Below the pieces are notes generated by a model. The model had not been told where the DNA came from. It saw only the letters and a list, made by a program, of their open reading frames with translations, and did not search any database. A stretch of 64,000 bases of DNA from Hyphomonadaceae bacterium. Lineage in GTDB: Bacteria; Pseudomonadota; Alphaproteobacteria; Caulobacterales; Hyphomonadaceae. Made by a program: the position numbers and the translations under genes. The stretch is taken from NCBI GenBank assembly GCA_024742355.1, contig JANSYM010000003.1, positions 75,351 through 139,350 of the forward strand, in the 5' to 3' direction. Below, piece after piece: positions 18,104-27,094 of the stretch (position 1 is its first letter; every line of letters starts with the position of its first letter).

Positions 18104-18592
18104 ATGGCTGAAACTGCACAATCCCTCGAAGACCTGAAAGACGTCACTGAAGGCGAAGGCGCTGCGGAGCTGGCTCCGATCACCGCTGAGCCAAAGATTG
18201 ACGAGCATGGCCGCTCTTACGGCACAGGTCGCCGGAAGTCTGCAACCGCCCGCGTCTGGCTCAAGCCTGGCTCTGGCAAGATCACCATCAATGGCAAAGA
18301 CCAGGACGAGTATTTCGCCCGTCCGGTCCTGCGCATGGTGCTTGAGCAGCCACTGGTCGAAGCTGATCGCCGCACACAGTATGACGTCGTTGCGACCGTC
18401 AAAGGCTCTGGCCTGTCCGGTCAGGCTGGCGCTGTCCGTCACGGCATTGCCCGCGCCCTGGTCAATTACGAGCCAGAACTGCGCCGCACGCTGAAGCCAT
18501 TCGGCTTCCTGACCCGTGACCCACGCGTTGTTGAGCGTAAGAAATACGGCCGCGCGAAAGCCCGTCGTAGCTTCCAGTTCTCCAAGCGCTAA
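18104..18592 (+). CDS. rpsI: 30S ribosomal protein S9
   Basis: [20 protein letters not shown] and C-terminal RRSFQFSKR. Confidence 0.98.
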   Translation: MAETAQSLEDLKDVTEGEGAAELAPITAEPKIDEHGRSYGTGRRKSATARVWLKPGSGKITINGKDQDEYFARPVLRMVLEQPLVEADRRTQYDVVATVKGSGLSGQAGAVRHGIARALVNYEPELRRTLKPFGFLTRDPRVVERKKYGRAKARRSFQFSKR

Positions 18593-18619
18593 GCGTTACG
18601 GTTTATTCGAACACGTGAT

Positions 18620-18646
18620 AAAGGCGCTCCAGCGGGGCGCCTTTTT
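18620..18646 (+). terminator. Rho-independent terminator
   Basis: AAAGGCGCTCC-AGCG-GGGCGCCTTTTT. Confidence 0.85.
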
Positions 18647-18670
18647 CGTATCTGAAACAAGGGTTTGGCC

Positions 18671-19711
18671 ATGAATGACAAGACGACACTGAAAGCCGCC
18701 GTGCTCGGCGCCTCAGGCTATACCGGCGCCGAGACCGTGCGCTTGTTGGCCGGCCATCCACGCGTCGAGGCCGTGGCCGCAACCGGGCACAGCCTGGCCG
18801 GCAAACAGCTTTCAGAGATTTTCCCGCATCTTGCCGGCGCTGCCGACTTGCCGGTGGTGAAGGCCGACGATGTCGACTGGTCGAACGTGGATGTCGCCTT
18901 TGGCTGTCTGCCGCATGGCACCAGCCAGGACCTGATCGAAACCCTGCCAGACCATGTTCGTGTGGTTGACCTGTCAGCGGATTACCGGCTGCGCGACGCA
19001 GCGCTCTATGCCGAGACCTATGGCCGGGCGCATCTCAATCCTGAACGCACAGCGCACGTGAAATACGGCCTGCCGGAATGGCGCGGCGCGGACCTGTCGG
19101 GCGAAACGCTCGTCGCTTGCCCCGGCTGCTATCCGACCGCGAGCCTGCTGGCTTTGCTGCCAATCATCGATTTGGTCGATCCGGACAGCGTGATCATCGA
19201 CGCCAAGTCGGGCGTGTCCGGTGCTGGTCGCGGCCTCAAGGAAGGCAATCTGTTCTCAGAAGCGGCTGAAGGCGTGCACGCTTATGGCGTCGGCACCCAT
19301 CGCCATGCGCCGGAAATCGAACAGGAACTCAACCTGCAAGCGGGCCGCACCGATATTGGCGTCACTTTCACCCCGCACCTCATCCCGATGACGCGCGGCG
19401 AACTGGTGACCTGCCATGTCCGTGGCGATGTCGATCAGATTCATGCGGCGCTCATCGCCAAATATGCAGCTGCACCCTTCGTGTCGGTCCTGCCGCTTGG
19501 CGCCCCAACCCCGGATACACGGCACGTGCGCGGCACCAATAATTGCCGCATCGCGGTCTATCCGGACCGGGTCAAAGGCCGCGTCGTGGTGATCGCGGTG
19601 ATCGACAATCTCGTCAAAGGCTCCAGCGGCCAGGCGATCCAGAACCTCAACCTGATGATGGACTGGGACGAAACGCTGGGCTTGGCGGGGCTGCAGGCGC
19701 TGTTTCCTTAA
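18671..19711 (+). CDS. argC: N-acetyl-gamma-glutamyl-phosphate reductase
   Basis: GASGYTG, DLSADYR, PGCYPT, SGVSGAGR and DNLVKGSSGQA motifs. Confidence 0.96.
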   Translation: MNDKTTLKAAVLGASGYTGAETVRLLAGHPRVEAVAATGHSLAGKQLSEIFPHLAGAADLPVVKADDVDWSNVDVAFGCLPHGTSQDLIETLPDHVRVVDLSADYRLRDAALYAETYGRAHLNPERTAHVKYGLPEWRGADLSGETLVACPGCYPTASLLALLPIIDLVDPDSVIIDAKSGVSGAGRGLKEGNLFSEAAEGVHAYGVGTHRHAPEIEQELNLQAGRTDIGVTFTPHLIPMTRGELVTCHVRGDVDQIHAALIAKYAAAPFVSVLPLGAPTPDTRHVRGTNNCRIAVYPDRVKGRVVVIAVIDNLVKGSSGQAIQNLNLMMDWDETLGLAGLQALFP

Positions 19712-19735
19712 TTCAGAAACGCGCGCACCTGCGAG

Positions 19736-19817
19736 CCTCATCCTGAGCGAAGTCGAAGGACGAGGCGGGCTTTCAGGAAGCACGGCCCTTTATCCTTCGA
19801 CTTCGCTCAGGATGAGG
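19736..19817. repeat. REP-type perfect 25-bp inverted repeat
   Basis: CCTCATCCTGAGCGAAGTCGAAGGA (19736-19760) and its exact reverse complement (19793-19817). Confidence 0.9.
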
Positions 19818-19843
19818 GCCTGAAAAACTGAACTTCCCTTCAA

Positions 19844-19973
19844 GTGCTCCCCACGGGCATGTCCGTGGGGTCCAGCACGGGCTCTTGCCGCAGAGATCGA
19901 GAGAGGCGCGACCGCTCCCGGTCGTTCCCGCGAGCGCGCGTGATGGGCTACCCGATCAAGTCGGGTAGAGCAT
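19844..19973. repeat. REP-like bipartite palindrome
   Basis: GTGCTC/GAGCAT ends; hairpin CCCCACGG..CCGTGGGG-TCCA and TGGG-CTACCCGA-TCAAG-TCGGGTAG. Confidence 0.8.
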
Positions 19974-20013
19974 GCCCAGACAAGACTGGACAGAGTGATA
20001 AGGTGAGATCGGA

Positions 20014-20027
20014 TTGATCGCGATCAA
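20014..20027. promoter_or_regulatory. FNR/FixK-type box
   Basis: Perfect TTGAT-CGCG-ATCAA, 62 nt upstream of the SIMPL gene start. Confidence 0.6.
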
Positions 20028-20089
20028 TGGCTCTGGACAAAGTACGTTCGTTATTTCATAATGTAATAATGTTATATTTGGAGGTGAGT

Positions 20090-20872
20090 ATGATCCATAA
20101 ACCCCTGATTTGTTTCGCCATGGCGTTTGCATTGACGCCCGTCGCTCAGGTTCAGGAACAAGAGGTGGAGACCAGCGAACCAGGTTTCATTGAGGTCTAC
20201 GCGATCGGTCGAGCCGAGCGAGCGCCGAGCCACTTTGTCGTAAATGCCACTTTGCAGATCCGGCGCGAACAACGCGAGAAAGCCAGTCGCGAACTGGAAG
20301 CCTTCACCAACAAAGTCGGAAGTGAGGTTGATCGGATTAGCGGCTTGACCAGTCTGCAGATTGAAACCGAACAGCTCTCTACGAGCGCGGAGCGTTCCAA
20401 AAAATGCCAACGCGGCGGCCCCTTGTTTGGGTCGAAGGATGGGGAGTGCGCGCCGATCGGCTACAATGCCTATGTTCGCTACCGGATTGAGGGTTCCCCG
20501 GCAGACAAAGCTGGCGACGTCGTGTCGTTTCTGGAACAAGTCGAGGATAGCGAAAACCAGATTGCCGGTTTCTTCTACGAACAAACCGAACAAGCGACCC
20601 AGGCAGCGCGGGCAGACGCTATTCGCCGCGCGGTCGCCAATGCCAGGACTTTGGCCAATGGTGCAAATGTCAGGCTTGGCAAGATCATTTCCATACAAGA
20701 AGGGGTGACCGCGCCGCGATCGATGCAGCGTGCATACGCGGTCGCGCCGTCGAACCTGGCCAATGACAATATGCGGCGAGTCGCGCGTCAGCCGCGCTTC
20801 GAAATCTCAGCCAATCCGAAGCTTCAGGAATTTCGCGTTGGAGTCACGCTCCGTATTGAAATCGAGCAATAG
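20090..20872 (+). CDS. SIMPL (DUF541) domain exported protein
   Basis: Signal peptide; ARADAIRRAVANARTLANGANVRLGKIISIQEG; GGAGG RBS. Confidence 0.8.
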   Translation: MIHKPLICFAMAFALTPVAQVQEQEVETSEPGFIEVYAIGRAERAPSHFVVNATLQIRREQREKASRELEAFTNKVGSEVDRISGLTSLQIETEQLSTSAERSKKCQRGGPLFGSKDGECAPIGYNAYVRYRIEGSPADKAGDVVSFLEQVEDSENQIAGFFYEQTEQATQAARADAIRRAVANARTLANGANVRLGKIISIQEGVTAPRSMQRAYAVAPSNLANDNMRRVARQPRFEISANPKLQEFRVGVTLRIEIEQ

Positions 20873-20878
20873 CTCAGC

Positions 20879-21505
20879 TCATTTCGCCTCGCTCGCGCGT
20901 TTGATGCGCTCCCCGGACCACGAGCGCCAGTCTTCCGCCTCATCCAGATCAATCAACGTTGGCAGCTCGGCAACGCGAGACCCTGTCGGCAAATTTCGCC
21001 GCACATCCGCCATCGCGTGCGGCCCCGACCAGCGCACCGTCCCGAACGGCGAGCGGGTGCGCGCCGTCTTGTTCAACCCGAACAGCCAGAACCCGCCATC
21101 GGTGGCGGGGCCGAACACCGCGTCATGGGTGTGCAGCGCCCGGATCGCGCGGCGGATGAGGGCGGGCGACAGGTCGGGGGCATCGGCGCCGATGAACAGG
21201 ACCGGGCCGGGTGGGGCTTCGGTGAGGCCCTTATTCAGCCGGTCGGTTAGGTCGCCGTGCCCCTGTGAGCGCCGGTCCAGGCTTGCCGGCCAGATTCCGC
21301 CCAGGCTTTCGCCAAGGGCACGGTCCGGCGCGGTGTAGAGGACAGGCGTCCACGGTCCAGCCATGGCGGCACGCATGGTTCGCGCCAGCGTCATCATTGC
21401 GATCCGCCGCGCCTGCGTCGGCGATCCAAGGCTGCGCGCCAGCCGTGTCTTGGCGAGGCCCATGCGCGGCGGCTTGGCATAGATGAGGAGATGGGCGCGG
21501 CGCAT
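20879..21505 (-). CDS. TIGR04282/DUF2064 family glycosyltransferase-like protein
   Basis: YAKPP.MGLAKTRLA, QGHGDL, IGADAP, GPATDGGFW and DLDEAED motifs. Confidence 0.88.
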   Translation of the reverse strand: MRRAHLLIYAKPPRMGLAKTRLARSLGSPTQARRIAMMTLARTMRAAMAGPWTPVLYTAPDRALGESLGGIWPASLDRRSQGHGDLTDRLNKGLTEAPPGPVLFIGADAPDLSPALIRRAIRALHTHDAVFGPATDGGFWLFGLNKTARTRSPFGTVRWSGPHAMADVRRNLPTGSRVAELPTLIDLDEAEDWRSWSGERIKRASEAK

Positions 21506-21717
21506 CAGTCGCGCAGGATCTCGATGCCAATGACCCGGTTATCTTTGTCCAGATCCAGAATGAGCTGCGGGCCTTTGAAGTCCGGCGCGACGGCCGCGAG
21601 GTCCACGCTGCGCTTGACGCATCCCGGGGTGCCCGGGCCCGGATGATCGGGCAGGGACAGATAGCCGACGCCTTCGGTTTCATCCCAGCGAAGTTCAGCT
21701 GAATTTTGGTCGCTCAT
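21505..21717 (-). CDS. DUF2283 domain protein (copy 2)
   Basis: WDE...GYLSL and LILDLDKDNRVIGIEIL. Confidence 0.8.
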   Translation of the reverse strand: MSDQNSAELRWDETEGVGYLSLPDHPGPGTPGCVKRSVDLAAVAPDFKGPQLILDLDKDNRVIGIEILRD

Positions 21718-21911
21718 TTCACCACCTCAATCCCGATCACGCGGTTTTGCTCATCAATATCCAGAATGACCTGCATGCCGCGCAGGCTGTCATCCAGTGC
21801 AAACACATCAATCGAGCGGGCGACACAGCCCGGTGTCCCGGCGCCCGGATGATCGGGCAGGTAGACATAGCCTGCTTCCAGTTCTTCGTCCCAGCTAGCA
21901 TCCAGCGACAT
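21714..21911 (-). CDS. DUF2283 domain protein (copy 1)
   Basis: WDEELEAGYVYL and VILDIDEQNRVIGIEVV. Confidence 0.8.
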   Translation of the reverse strand: MSLDASWDEELEAGYVYLPDHPGAGTPGCVARSIDVFALDDSLRGMQVILDIDEQNRVIGIEVVK

Positions 21912-21933
21912 GGCACACCTTCGAATCGAGCCC

Positions 21934-22620
21934 CTAGGAATAGGATTTTGCCAGCTTTTCCGGGCTGGCACCAAGAAAATATCGCGTGACCAGAAACGCG
22001 TTTTTCCAGGCTCGCTTGCGCCAGCCATCGCGCTCATATTTTTCCGCATCGGTACGCGCCTCAGCCGACAGGATTGCCAGTCGCTTCTTGCCGATCGAGC
22101 GGACGATTTTGACATCCTCCATGAATGGCGTGTCGGGATAGCCGCCCACCTCGCGATAAAGCTTGCGCGAGAGCATCAGGCCCTGGTCGCCATAAGGCAG
22201 GCCCAGCGTGCGCGCCCGCCAGTTCGCCCGCCGCGCCACGACTTTGGCCATGTGATCGTCCGACCGGTAGGCCAGGGTGAAGGCGGCGGCGTGGCCGGGG
22301 CGGGCGCTGATATGCGCCTTGGCCCGCTCGGCCCAATCGCGCGACAGCGCCGTGTCTGCATGCAGGAAGAGCAGCCAGTCGCCGCGGGCCTGCTCGGCGC
22401 CATGCCGCAGCTGCGCGGCTCGGCCTTTCTCGGGCGCGGTGATGACGGTTGCGCCAGCGCCCTCAGCGAGCCGCCGCGTCTGATCTTCGCTTCCGCCATC
22501 GACCAGGATGACTTCGCGGATTAGCCCGCTCTCAAGCCCCGGCATCAGCGAGGACAGGCAAAGCGGCAGGACCCGCTCGGCATTGTAAGCCGGGATGATG
22601 ATGGAAAGGGGGGCGGGCAT
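21934..22620 (-). CDS. TIGR04283 family GT2 glycosyltransferase
   Basis: SIIIPAYNAE, VDGGSED, GRAAQL..GA, FLHADT, YGDQG and FMEDV motifs. Confidence 0.9.
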   Translation of the reverse strand: MPAPLSIIIPAYNAERVLPLCLSSLMPGLESGLIREVILVDGGSEDQTRRLAEGAGATVITAPEKGRAAQLRHGAEQARGDWLLFLHADTALSRDWAERAKAHISARPGHAAAFTLAYRSDDHMAKVVARRANWRARTLGLPYGDQGLMLSRKLYREVGGYPDTPFMEDVKIVRSIGKKRLAILSAEARTDAEKYERDGWRKRAWKNAFLVTRYFLGASPEKLAKSYS

Positions 22621-22878
22621 TTAGCTTGTGTGCCACCTGATGAAAGACAAAATGCTCAACAGTCTGGTGGCTAAACGCCTCGCCACGCTTAGCCTTGCTA
22701 GGCCAAAGCCGAGTAATATGCCTACGGGCATTGCAATGACCGTCGATACGCCTTCGCCCAGCCGCAGACCAAATACCAGGCCAAGAAACAATCCGATCCC
22801 GATAATGCCACCAAACAGGATAAAGGTGAGCCAGACACGCGCGACGCGGTCCATCGCGGTTTTTTCTTCCTCGATCAA
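22621..22878 (-). CDS. Small hypothetical membrane protein
   Basis: Two hydrophobic helices; abuts both neighbours on the same strand (alternative ATG at 22854). Confidence 0.55.
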   Translation of the reverse strand: MIEEEKTAMDRVARVWLTFILFGGIIGIGLFLGLVFGLRLGEGVSTVIAMPVGILLGFGLARLSVARRLATRLLSILSFIRWHTS

Positions 22879-23711
22879 ACCTCGACTCCCATTTCACCCA
22901 AGCGAGCCTGGACCAGCAGCAGATCGCGCCAGGCGCGGCTTTTGTCCTGGGGGCGGCGGAGGAGGTAGGCGGGATGGAACATCGGGACCAGCGGAACCTG
23001 CGTGCCCGCCGGGGTCTCGAACGGCCGCTCTGAACCGCGCAGGCGCATGATGCCGGTCTTGGTGTCGAGCAGGGATTTGGCCGCCACCCCGCCGGTCGCG
23101 ATGATGATCTTGGGCTGGGCGAGATCGATCATGCGATTGACGAATGGCCGGCAGACCGCGAGCTCATCCGCCTCGGGATTGCGATTGCCCGGCGGGCGCC
23201 AATAATTGACATTGGAGATGAACGCATTGGTCTTGCGATCCAATCCAATCGCGGCGAGCATCTTGTCGAGCAACTGGCCGGCCTTGCCGACAAAGGGCAG
23301 GCCGATCCGATCTTCCTGACCACCCGGACCTTCGCCGAGCACCATCACCGGCGCGCCTTGAGTGCCATCGAACACGACCGTCTTTTCGCAAAGCTGTTTC
23401 AGCGGGCAGCCGTCAAATCCCTCAATCGCGGATTTGAGGTCATCCAGCGACGCGGCCGCAGAAGCGAGTGATTCGGCCTCGCTGAGCCAGTCCGAGACCG
23501 ACTTCTGCGCGTTTCGGCGCGACTTGCGGGAGTTTCGTTCTTGTCCCTGTGTCGCTTGCGGAGCGTCCGAAACCGGAGGCGCGGACTCCCGTGCTGCGCC
23601 TTGCTGCGCCCGCATGGCGGCATCAATTTCCGACTGATCAACATCGACTCCCATATCCTCCCACCACTCGGTGAGCGCCTTTAACGCTGCGGCAGAGGCA
23701 TTTTGGGGCAT
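22875..23711 (-). CDS. Uracil-DNA glycosylase family 4
   Basis: CPLKQLC, GEGPG.QED.G.PFVG, WRPPGNR.P and MFHPAYLLR motifs. Confidence 0.93.
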   Translation of the reverse strand: MPQNASAAALKALTEWWEDMGVDVDQSEIDAAMRAQQGAARESAPPVSDAPQATQGQERNSRKSRRNAQKSVSDWLSEAESLASAAASLDDLKSAIEGFDGCPLKQLCEKTVVFDGTQGAPVMVLGEGPGGQEDRIGLPFVGKAGQLLDKMLAAIGLDRKTNAFISNVNYWRPPGNRNPEADELAVCRPFVNRMIDLAQPKIIIATGGVAAKSLLDTKTGIMRLRGSERPFETPAGTQVPLVPMFHPAYLLRRPQDKSRAWRDLLLVQARLGEMGVEV

Positions 23712-23806
23712 TGTGACCTTGTAAACTTTGGCTAAACAGGTGAGCGAATAGTGGATGATACCTAATTGGCGCGCAAGTCGTGCTGCCAGCTTTTGGGAGA
23801 GAATTG

Positions 23807-25486
23807 ATGAGCGAACGCGAGTCCATGGAATTTGACCTGGTCATTGTCGGCGGCGGCCCTGCCGGTCTGGCTGCGGCCATTCGGGCGAAACAGCTGGCCA
23901 ATGAAGCCGGCGAAGAGCTGGAAGTTGTGGTGTTGGAAAAAGGTGGGGAAATCGGCGCGCATATCCTCTCCGGCCTGGTCCTCGACCCGAAGGCGATGGA
24001 TGAGCTCATTCCTGACTGGCGCACGCGCGACGACCGTCCGATTCGCACCGAGGTGAATGCCGACAAGTATAAGCTGCTCGGCCCGAATGGCTCCATGGCC
24101 ATGCCGACCTTCGCTTTCCCGCCATTCATGCACAATCATGGCTGCTATATCGGCTCACTGGCCAATGTTTGCCGCTGGCTTGGTGAGCGCGCGGAAGAGC
24201 TGGAAGTCCAGGTTTTCCCAGGCTTTGCCGCCTCGGAAGTGGTCTATGGCGACAATGGCGAAGTGCGCGGCGTCGTTGCTGGCGTCATGGGCATTGCCGA
24301 AGATGGCAGCCACAAGCCGGACTATGAGCCTGGCATGGAACTGCTCGGCAAATATGTCCTGTTCGCGGAAGGCGCGCGTGGCTCGCTGACCAAGGAAGTC
24401 AAAGCGAAATACGATCTTGAAGCTGATTGCGACCCGCAAAAATACGGCATCGGCCTGAAAGAAGTCTGGAAAGTGCCGGCCGACCACCCGGAATTCTCTG
24501 CCGGATACGTGCAGCACACCTTTGGCTGGCCGGTGAAGGACAAGGACGGAAATGGCGGCGGTTTCCTCTACCATTTCTCCGAAGGCGGCGAGAATTATGT
24601 CTCCGTCGGCTATGTCGTGCACCTGAATTACAAGAACCCGCACCTGTCGCCTTATGACGAGTTCCAGCGCTACAAGCACCATGACGAAATCTCGAAATTC
24701 CTGAAAGGCGGCAAGCGCGAAGCCTATGGCGCCCGGGCGATCACCTCAGGCGGCATCCAGTCAATCCCGAAGCTCGCCTTCCCGGGTGGCGCCCTGATTG
24801 GTTGCTCAGCAGGATTTGTGAACCTGCCGCGCATCAAAGGCACGCACAATGCGATGAAGACCGGCATGATGGCCGCTGAAGAAGCCGTCGCCGCGGTCCG
24901 TGCTGGCCGCGCCTCTGATGAGCTCAGCTCCTATCAGCAGGCGGTTCGCGACAGCTGGGTCTGGACCGACCTTGCCCGTGTGCGCAATGTCAAACCTCTG
25001 ATGTCGCGCTATGGCACCATGCCTGGCGCCGTGCTCGGCATGCCGGACATGTGGATGCGCTATCTGCTCGGCTTCGGCTACATTCCGCAACTCAAGCATG
25101 GCAAGGCCGATCATGAATATCTGAAGCCGGCTTCGAAGTTCAAGCCGATCGAATATCCGAAACCGGACGGCGTGCTCAGCTTCGACAAGCTGACCAATGT
25201 CTCCTTCACCAATACCTATCATGCAGAAGACCAGCCCAAGCACCTGAAAGTGGCGGACCTCGCCCTGCAGAAATCGTCTGAGCGCGATGTCTTCAATGGC
25301 CCGTCGGCGCGCTATTGCCCGGCCGGTGTGTATGAGTGGATTGAAGAGGACGGCAAGGAGCCGGTATTCCAGATCAACTCGCAGAACTGCATTCACTGCA
25401 AGACGTGCGACATCAAGGATCCGAACCAGAATATCAACTGGGTCACGCCTGAAGGTGGTGGCGGACCGGCTTATCCGAACATGTAA
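23807..25486 (+). CDS. ETF-ubiquinone oxidoreductase
   Basis: IVGGGPAG, GAHILSG, KGTHNAMKTG; 4Fe-4S motifs YCPAGVYE and CIHCKTCDIKDP. Confidence 0.95.
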   Translation: MSERESMEFDLVIVGGGPAGLAAAIRAKQLANEAGEELEVVVLEKGGEIGAHILSGLVLDPKAMDELIPDWRTRDDRPIRTEVNADKYKLLGPNGSMAMPTFAFPPFMHNHGCYIGSLANVCRWLGERAEELEVQVFPGFAASEVVYGDNGEVRGVVAGVMGIAEDGSHKPDYEPGMELLGKYVLFAEGARGSLTKEVKAKYDLEADCDPQKYGIGLKEVWKVPADHPEFSAGYVQHTFGWPVKDKDGNGGGFLYHFSEGGENYVSVGYVVHLNYKNPHLSPYDEFQRYKHHDEISKFLKGGKREAYGARAITSGGIQSIPKLAFPGGALIGCSAGFVNLPRIKGTHNAMKTGMMAAEEAVAAVRAGRASDELSSYQQAVRDSWVWTDLARVRNVKPLMSRYGTMPGAVLGMPDMWMRYLLGFGYIPQLKHGKADHEYLKPASKFKPIEYPKPDGVLSFDKLTNVSFTNTYHAEDQPKHLKVADLALQKSSERDVFNGPSARYCPAGVYEWIEEDGKEPVFQINSQNCIHCKTCDIKDPNQNINWVTPEGGGGPAYPNM

Positions 25487-25501
25487 TCCAGGGCAGCGGG
25501 G

Positions 25502-26089
25502 ATGCGCGAATATACGTTCAAACCCGCGCCCATTCGCAAGAAGCAGACCTGGGCGATCAAGGATGGTCACCTGATGCAACGCGGTGCCGCGCAGGCGCTC
25601 AATCTCGCGTGCGTGGCCTCCGCCAGCTGGAACACAGTGACCTATCGCGGCACGCGCAGCGCCTGGCTGCACCTGAAATCAGAGCAGGGCGTCACCAAGA
25701 TCGAGTGCAATGATCATGGCGGCGGCCGGGATGATTTTTTCGCCCTGGTCGATGCGATCTTGCGAGAGCTCAGCAGGGTTCAGCCGAACCTGCAGATCGC
25801 GCATGGTTATTCTGCACCCTGGCGCCTCGCGCTGTTTCTACTCGGCATTTTGGGCACGCTCCTGGGTCTGTTCCTGATCTTTGCTGGCGTCACCAATATG
25901 ACCGGCCGGGGATCGGTGGAGGCCGGGATAGCAGGCCTCGCACTCGTCATCTTGCTGTTCCCCGTGGCGTGGACATGCCGCCCGAACATCAAGGCGCAAA
26001 CGGTTCCGCCGCTGGACCTCGCGCGCGAGATCGCGTCACTCAGCGGCGCGTCGGTGTCTGATCCAGAGGACGATCCCCGCGAGGCATAG
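25502..26089 (+). CDS. Hypothetical membrane protein
   Basis: Soluble N-terminus with two C-terminal TM helices; follows ETF-QO on the same strand. Confidence 0.65.
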   Translation: MREYTFKPAPIRKKQTWAIKDGHLMQRGAAQALNLACVASASWNTVTYRGTRSAWLHLKSEQGVTKIECNDHGGGRDDFFALVDAILRELSRVQPNLQIAHGYSAPWRLALFLLGILGTLLGLFLIFAGVTNMTGRGSVEAGIAGLALVILLFPVAWTCRPNIKAQTVPPLDLAREIASLSGASVSDPEDDPREA

Positions 26090-27094
26090 GCCCCAGAACA
26101 CGGCAAATGGCGCGGCACCACCGCCCTTCGCGGCGATATAGGCCGCCGCCGCGCTGACGGCGCTGAATCCCCAATACAGGATCGCCACATCGAGATGGCT
26201 CCAGCCGCTGGCGATGAGGCGCTGATAGGCATGATCCAGATGCGGCTCCAGCCAGTTGCGACCATGCTTGGCGCGCCAGATCAGGGTCATCAGCACGTCG
26301 ATGAGGAAAGGCAGCGCGAGCGTCGCAATGGTCCAGATATTGAGGCCAGAGACAAGACCAAGTCCGGCAAACAAGGCGCCAAGGCCGAGTGCGCCAGCAT
26401 CGCCGACAAACAGGGCGCCGCGCAAATTGTGCAGCATGAATCCGGCAAGCGCGCCAAACAGGGCGAACCAGAAGACGCTGAACTGCCAGTCACCGATCAG
26501 GGTTCCGCAAATGGCGAGGCCGATCAGCATGATTGCAAGTGACCCCACCGCCAGGCCGTTTGAGCCATCGATGAAGTTGACCGCATTGATGAAGACCAGC
26601 AGCCAGGCCGCGCTGCCAATGATCAGAACAAGCGGCAGCGTGACGTCACCCCAGGGCGAGGACAAGGCGGCTGGCACAAGACCAGAAGCTGCGACGCCGA
26701 GGCAAAGGCCCGCGAGGGCGATCAGTTTCAGCTTTGTATTGGCGGTCCAGATATCGTCCCAAAGCCCCAGCAAAAACGCGCCTGCGACCAGAATGGGCAC
26801 TGTTTCGCGTCCCCGCAGCAGGTCCGCAATGGCTGACCCAAGCTGCGATAGCCCGGGTCCGAGACCCGCGCCCCAGGTCAGGATCAATATGAAGAATGCG
26901 ACCAGGCCGCCGAACAGCGCCCCCGCTGCGATGGCGACGCCTCCCAGGCGAGGGACGGCCGTCGATTGCTGTTTCCGCCCGCCATCGGGCGCGTCGACAA
27001 TGCCAGACCGTTTGACCAGGCTGATGGCGAGCAAGCAGACCGCGAACCCGATCGCCGCAAAACCCGCGGAGGCGACCATCAACCCGATACTCAT
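26036..27094 (-). CDS. MraY/WecA-family (GT4) polyprenyl-phosphate sugar-1-phosphate transferase
   Basis: PRLGG, GLWDD, NAVNFIDGSNGL, FVGDAG and HAYQRL motifs. Confidence 0.88.
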   Translation of the reverse strand: MSIGLMVASAGFAAIGFAVCLLAISLVKRSGIVDAPDGGRKQQSTAVPRLGGVAIAAGALFGGLVAFFILILTWGAGLGPGLSQLGSAIADLLRGRETVPILVAGAFLLGLWDDIWTANTKLKLIALAGLCLGVAASGLVPAALSSPWGDVTLPLVLIIGSAAWLLVFINAVNFIDGSNGLAVGSLAIMLIGLAICGTLIGDWQFSVFWFALFGALAGFMLHNLRGALFVGDAGALGLGALFAGLGLVSGLNIWTIATLALPFLIDVLMTLIWRAKHGRNWLEPHLDHAYQRLIASGWSHLDVAILYWGFSAVSAAAAYIAAKGGGAAPFAVFWGLCLAGIVLWIRHRRAAE

